Source: an uncultured Candidatus Poseidoniales archaeon (lineage in GTDB: Archaea; Thermoplasmatota; Poseidoniia; Poseidoniales; Poseidoniaceae). From it: a stretch of 64,000 bases of DNA. Within the stretch, counting starts at the first letter, position 1. Every line of letters begins with the position of its first letter. The notes below the pieces were generated by a model, which saw only the letters and a program-made list of their open reading frames with translations, had not been told where the DNA came from and searched no databases. Below, piece after piece: positions 59,246 to 64,000 of this stretch. The stretch is taken from positions 2,146-66,145 of the forward strand of contig CAJIYT010000009.1 of NCBI GenBank assembly GCA_905181715.1, read 5' to 3'. Made by a program: the position numbers and the translations under genes.

Positions 59246-60910
59246 TCAGTGAACAGGGTCGAGTAGAACACTTTCTAAGGCTGAAACTGAAATTTCTGCT
59301 GCGGTTATTGGTACTTTCAATTCAAAGGATTCCCCTACATGAGGATCGATTTCACCACATTGACCAATCACGGTCTGACCGATGAGGATTTCAGCACCTC
59401 TGCCGCCTAGCCATGGACCTTCAGAAATACTTCGTAGACTCCATTCCTTACACCCGAGGTCGCGCATTAGAACTTGGATCTTACCGCGAAGTGTAGCAAA
59501 ACCCCCATCTCTTTGAGCAACTGCGAATGCCAATCGTGTGTGGTTTGCATGATCAATCACCACCGCCCCTAATTCATAAATCGCTTGTGGCAGGTCGTGG
59601 TGTCGGTTTGCTGACAGCAACCTGAGTAGTCCAGGCAATATGTTCTGGCGTAATATTGTGTGTTCAGTTGTAATTGGGTTAGCGATTCTAGTGATGTCTC
59701 CATTTGCCTGCCAACGCATTTTTTGGAACTGATCTTCCTCACTTGATAGCGTGAGAGACTGAATCTGCATCAGCCCCATTCCCTGCATCACCGAGTTTAT
59801 CCTTCGGCGTAATTGGCCATCTTCTCTTGGTGTGCCGCTCAGTGAGGTTCTAGCAAAATCCTCTCCGAGATCATCGTAGCCATGGCCAATGGCAATTTCT
59901 TCAATGAGATCAACTGGATGGAGAATGTCATAACGCCAGCGCGGCAATGTGATTGTGATTGTCTCTCCATCGACTGAGCACAAGCCCCCCATTCTCCTAA
60001 CGGCTTCCAAGATTTGTCCATCTGTGAATTTTCTTCCGAGTAGAGATTCAACCTCTTCACGTTGAATGTTATGTTGGATAGGGCTGCCATCAATAGACCA
60101 TGTTGATGCCCCAGTCGTTTGTACCTCAACCGATTCAACCTGTCCACCCATATGTTGTAGCTGTAAACAGATGAGAAGTAATGACACTTCACATGAGCGC
60201 TGGTCCCAGCCGGTTACATCGATCAGTACATCTGTTGTTTGATTGGTAACGGTAGTATGGTCACCATTGATTATTGGTGGGAATGATAAGACCTTATCTT
60301 CAGAATCAACTATTACTGGAACCAATTCCATGCCTTCCAAGAGGTGAGCATATTCCTGACCTTTGGCGTGTTCGGCCAAAATCTCATCAATCGTCATCTC
60401 TTTTGAAGAAGCGAGTGGAGTGAATGAATGCGAACGGTTTACTGCTTTGACGGTAAATGGCGGGCTTATCTTCGCCAAATCATGAACACCAATCGACGCC
60501 CTCCTCCTCCTTCTTCCGAGGGAGAAGTGCAATTTTTCTTGATGATCCATTAAACGCTTTATTGCAGATTCGTCGATATTAACTGAACGAACTACAGCAG
60601 CAAGAATAATTGGGCGAATCTCGGATATTTCATCTTCTACTACCATTTTTATGGTACCCGGTATTACATCTAATTCGGGATTTGGCTCTGCTTTGTGTAA
60701 GAAGGGAATTATAGTGTGAGCTAGAGTTTCAGCGCTGAGCATATCAGGGCGGTCTGGAAAAATCTCCACTTCCAATGTATTTTCATCACAGGAATCGATG
60801 TCACAGCCAATCAAAGGCAACTCGTTTTCCAAAGTATCGATTTGATGCTGTTGCCCACAAGCGGCGACAAGGTTGGATAGAATTTCTTGCTCAACAGTGA
60901 TCGTAGGCAT
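59246..60910 (-). CDS. pheT: Phenylalanine--tRNA ligase beta subunit
   Basis: MPTI start with SD AGGTGA; PDRPDMLS.E, QEKLH..GRRR..SIGVHD, SFPPIIN and R.DILH.VD..EEIAI.HGY motifs. Confidence 0.96.
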   Translation of the reverse strand: MPTITVEQEILSNLVAACGQQHQIDTLENELPLIGCDIDSCDENTLEVEIFPDRPDMLSAETLAHTIIPFLHKAEPNPELDVIPGTIKMVVEDEISEIRPIILAAVVRSVNIDESAIKRLMDHQEKLHFSLGRRRRRASIGVHDLAKISPPFTVKAVNRSHSFTPLASSKEMTIDEILAEHAKGQEYAHLLEGMELVPVIVDSEDKVLSFPPIINGDHTTVTNQTTDVLIDVTGWDQRSCEVSLLLICLQLQHMGGQVESVEVQTTGASTWSIDGSPIQHNIQREEVESLLGRKFTDGQILEAVRRMGGLCSVDGETITITLPRWRYDILHPVDLIEEIAIGHGYDDLGEDFARTSLSGTPREDGQLRRRINSVMQGMGLMQIQSLTLSSEEDQFQKMRWQANGDITRIANPITTEHTILRQNILPGLLRLLSANRHHDLPQAIYELGAVVIDHANHTRLAFAVAQRDGGFATLRGKIQVLMRDLGCKEWSLRSISEGPWLGGRGAEILIGQTVIGQCGEIDPHVGESFELKVPITAAEISVSALESVLLDPVH

Positions 60911-60914
60911 TTGA

Positions 60915-62435
60915 TCACCTAGCGAACCAATGTGGTAGTGGTCTGTCATATCCTGCCATACGAATTCCACTGATGGCAGCGGTATCGTAATCATTGGCCC
61001 TTAGGTTACTGCGAGATAGTTCATCGATAGAGGAGAGCCCAGCACGTGAAAGATGATTGGCAAGCCCGGACTCAAGGGAAGACATCCATTGCTCTAGGTC
61101 ATCCTTTGGTCTAGAGATTGCAAAACCAATTCCTGACGCGCTAACAATTGCCAGATCATCGTGACTTGCAATCCATGGTAGAATGATAGCAGCGTAACAA
61201 TTTGTGCCATTAAGTATAGCAGCCGCTGCTCGTCCAATTATTGGTAATGCCGCCGCTGCTGGAGTACCAGTTCCGTCATCAAGAGTGGAAATAGCGGCGT
61301 CTGCCCCATGGATTTTAGCTGTTTGATGCAGGTATTCTGTATGCGACAAATTATGGATCATAAAGAATGGATTGTCCAGTCCGCACATGCTGCGCAATGC
61401 GACCAGTAATCCCTCCATTGCTTCGGCATTCAAAGATGGAATCGTAGATAGGTCGATAGCGAATCCAGCAGCAGTAGACAACCATTCACCCGCCATTGCC
61501 ATGTTTTCCGAATCGACAAGCAAAATATCGATGTTACGAGGTTCGGATTTTACCAAACATGGATGTAAAATCTTGGAGCCTTGGCCACTATCGAGTAATG
61601 GTAGCATCGGTATAGGTAAGGCCAAAGCATCGCCTTCTCCTCCCCTTTCACCGATTATAGTAATAGTGTCGGTTGTTCCATGCAATTTGTGTTCATCGAG
61701 ATTAGAGACAATTGCAATGTTGCTGAAATCAGTGCTACAAGAACGTAATAAAAAATCGGCTTTCTCACCATCACAGACTAGACAAACAGCATCGGCTGGG
61801 ATTTGTAAATCCTGATCTTTTAATTCGAGATTAATCTCTTTGACTTCGCTAGCTTTTAATGGTCGAAGTGCAACTCCTGGCGGAGGTGAAGGGCATCTGC
61901 CATTGATGATTATTCTTCCACCGGTCATTCCAGCGCCCGGATCGGGACCAACATCGCCATGGACCACTATCAGCCCGTCTTCCATACCGCTGCCTATTCT
62001 CGAACCAGCATCCCCTCTGATGATTATGGTTCCACCCTTCATCATCGAGCCTGCATTATTGCCAACACCATCGAGAATGGTAATTCTGCCGGAATTCATA
62101 CGGAAACCGGTGTGGTCTGCAGCATTGCGTTCACAAGTCAGGATATTACCATCATTTCCGGCGCCGAAGAAAGAACCGATTTCCCCTTGGTGCGTATATG
62201 TGCCACCTTTACCGAATGCAGCGACAAAAGAGCCGAGAATACCTAGTGATCTAACTTTCGATTTCGGTGGGAGATTGGGGCAAAGTCCCATCTCTCCGCT
62301 TTTAGGAACCTGATCTCCACTACTTGTCCAACCAATCCTCAATACTACATTTCTTTCAACCGCTTTCTCCAGCTGTGGAGGAAGTTTAGAATTGATTTTC
62401 AATGATAGTTCGACAAGGTCTAACTCGGCCGCCAT
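60915..62435 (-). CDS. GXGXG (GltB domain 3/FwdC-like) beta-helix fused to a degenerate FMN-binding glutamate-synthase-like domain
   Basis: Repeats G..M.GG.I.I.GD.G; C-terminal AGLSSIDELSRSNLRA...AAISG..MAG resembles GltB2/GlxD C-termini; no Fe-S Cys motif. Confidence 0.7.
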   Translation of the reverse strand: MAAELDLVELSLKINSKLPPQLEKAVERNVVLRIGWTSSGDQVPKSGEMGLCPNLPPKSKVRSLGILGSFVAAFGKGGTYTHQGEIGSFFGAGNDGNILTCERNAADHTGFRMNSGRITILDGVGNNAGSMMKGGTIIIRGDAGSRIGSGMEDGLIVVHGDVGPDPGAGMTGGRIIINGRCPSPPPGVALRPLKASEVKEINLELKDQDLQIPADAVCLVCDGEKADFLLRSCSTDFSNIAIVSNLDEHKLHGTTDTITIIGERGGEGDALALPIPMLPLLDSGQGSKILHPCLVKSEPRNIDILLVDSENMAMAGEWLSTAAGFAIDLSTIPSLNAEAMEGLLVALRSMCGLDNPFFMIHNLSHTEYLHQTAKIHGADAAISTLDDGTGTPAAAALPIIGRAAAAILNGTNCYAAIILPWIASHDDLAIVSASGIGFAISRPKDDLEQWMSSLESGLANHLSRAGLSSIDELSRSNLRANDYDTAAISGIRMAGYDRPLPHWFAR

Positions 62436-62533
62436 CGTTTCGGCGATGGCTTCTCAGCCATTAATCGAATGCCTACTATTTGCGTGGCAATGTTCATGTG
62501 AGGCCTCAAAGTGTCAGCGGATGAGGAGAAGGC

Positions 62534-63568
62534 ATGACCATACGCGTGGCTATCAATGGATACGGAACTATTGGCAAGAGGGTAGCAGATGCGGTTGCTG
62601 CCCAAAATGACATGGAGATTGTCGGTGTTACCAAAACCCGTCCCTCATTTGGCTGTGATTTGGCTGTGCGTAAAGGCTATCCATTATTCTGTACATTTGA
62701 CGATGCTGATCGCATCGCAGCATTCGCTAAATCAGGCTATGATTGCCATGGTGGAATTAGTGATCTACTTTCACTTTGTGATGTGGTGGTAGATTGTAGC
62801 CCAGGTAAGGTTGGTTCTGCCAATAAAGATCTTTACAATATGGCAGGTGTCAAATGGATTTTCCAAGGTGGCGAAAAGCATGAGATGACTGAATTATCCT
62901 ATACCTCATGTGCCAATCACCAACAAAACCTCAACGCCCAAGGAACAAGGGTTGTTTCATGCAATACTACTGGACTTGCTCGGACTCTAGTGCCTTTGCT
63001 GGAAACTTGTGGCGATATCAGCGTTGAATGTACGATGATACGCCGTGCAGCCGACCCAGGAGATTCTTCTAAAGGCCCAATAAATGCAATCAAGCCGGTA
63101 CTAAAGGTTCCAAGTCACCATGGTCCAGATTTGATGACGGTCGAACCGAAGATCAAGATCAATAGTTTGGCAGTAGCAGTTCCTACTACTATCATGCATA
63201 CTCATGCCATCACAGTGACTTTGCCCCAAGGGCATGGTTTGGACACAGAAAAGGTGCTCGCACTTTGGCGCAGCAGACCTCGGATAATCATCATGAATGG
63301 TGCTGAAACCGGAATTACAACTACGGCAGAGGTTATGGAATTCGCTCGTGATATCGGTCGGACATGGGGAGATTTGCATGAGATTTTCGTTTGGGAAGAT
63401 GGAGTTAAGGTAGTGGATAATACGCTTTATTATTTCCAAGCAATCCATCAAGAGAGCGATGTTGTTCCTGAGAACGTTGATGCAATTAGAGCCTTGATGG
63501 GTAGTGAGTCTGATTGGCTTGCTTCAGTTGAGAAAACCGATAACGCAATCTCACAAGCACAGGCTTGA
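62534..63568 (+). CDS. gap: Type II (archaeal) glyceraldehyde-3-phosphate dehydrogenase
   Basis: INGYGTIGKRVADAV, FQGGEK, RVVSCNTTGL, SHHGPD and HQESDVVPENVDAIRA motifs. Confidence 0.96.
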   Translation: MTIRVAINGYGTIGKRVADAVAAQNDMEIVGVTKTRPSFGCDLAVRKGYPLFCTFDDADRIAAFAKSGYDCHGGISDLLSLCDVVVDCSPGKVGSANKDLYNMAGVKWIFQGGEKHEMTELSYTSCANHQQNLNAQGTRVVSCNTTGLARTLVPLLETCGDISVECTMIRRAADPGDSSKGPINAIKPVLKVPSHHGPDLMTVEPKIKINSLAVAVPTTIMHTHAITVTLPQGHGLDTEKVLALWRSRPRIIIMNGAETGITTTAEVMEFARDIGRTWGDLHEIFVWEDGVKVVDNTLYYFQAIHQESDVVPENVDAIRALMGSESDWLASVEKTDNAISQAQA

Positions 63569-63619
63569 ATCTAACAACACGCTGTTATCTTGAAAAGTGT
63601 TGAGATTCTCCGTGACTAC

Positions 63620-64000
63620 ATGCTGCAGAATACTAGGGCCACATATCTGGTGGCAATTCTGTTTTTTCCGAGTTTGTTGATGGCTGTTGGTGCTGACCAA
63701 ATCCATGAATCAGAAGTAGTCGATACAGAATTACAGCATGCTGCCGAACTTTGGCTTCCAATGGCTCCTGATGCCATTACCGTTAGTCAATTACGAGAAC
63801 CTTCAGGAATAATCCCTCTTGCCTATACAACCTTCGATCCACTAAAGGATGCAATACCTGGTGCTGGCGGTGCCGATGATCTGGATTATCTAAAAAGTGG
63901 TTTGTTGGTAGTGCAATTACAAAGTAAGGATGGTAGTGTATTGAAGCAACTAGCAGCTGACTACGAATTCGTCTTGCTTGGACATGTCGGTGAAGAAGCA
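63620..64000 (+). CDS. Partial (3'-truncated) secreted protein, possibly the pro-region of an S8 peptidase
   Basis: Open frame to the window end (my translation): MLQNTRATYLVAILFFPSLLMAVGA signal, then TFDPL and LLVVQL motifs like those in KP-43-type subtilase propeptides. Confidence 0.6.
   Translation, partial: MLQNTRATYLVAILFFPSLLMAVGADQIHESEVVDTELQHAAELWLPMAPDAITVSQLREPSGIIPLAYTTFDPLKDAIPGAGGADDLDYLKSGLLVVQLQSKDGSVLKQLAADYEFVLLGHVGEEA

Noticed and set aside
1-64000. rRNA, tRNA, transposase, integrase or provirus
   Set aside because: Spacers are all under ~200 nt with no cloverleaf or T-loop motif seen; no ORF shows recombinase or viral motifs

Overview
Gene-dense archaeal chromosomal segment, most consistent with Marine Group II Thermoplasmatota (Ca. 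Poseidoniales). This is inferred from archaeal markers (CarS, AglB, ArcS, type II GAPDH, archaeal uS15, GluRS and PheT) plus many large acidic surface proteins. Housekeeping genes (carS, purD, dnaJ, arcS, rps15, gltX, rnhB, pheT, gap) are interleaved with a large cell-envelope complement: a 3187-aa AglB with long N- and C-terminal extensions, a beta-helix/Ig surface protein, a ~1920-aa protein with Ca-binding repeats, a ~1780-aa membrane-anchored protein, three class III signal-peptide (pilin-like) genes, S8 and metzincin proteases, and an HTH-STAND-TPR regulator. I recognised no rRNA, tRNA, CRISPR array or mobile element. The best leads are the giant AglB; shared Trp-rich or zinc-ribbon cytoplasmic tails on surface proteins; a Pcp-NUDIX fusion; a GltB/GlxCD-like fusion lacking the Fe-S motif; a recurring TCATCAA/TTGATGA element at the TATA position; long or alternative hairpins in the short intergenic spacers; and four convergent gene pairs whose stop codons abut exactly. 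Starts were moved from the ORF track where an SD or signal peptide supports a later codon. All calls come from reading motifs by eye, with no database search.
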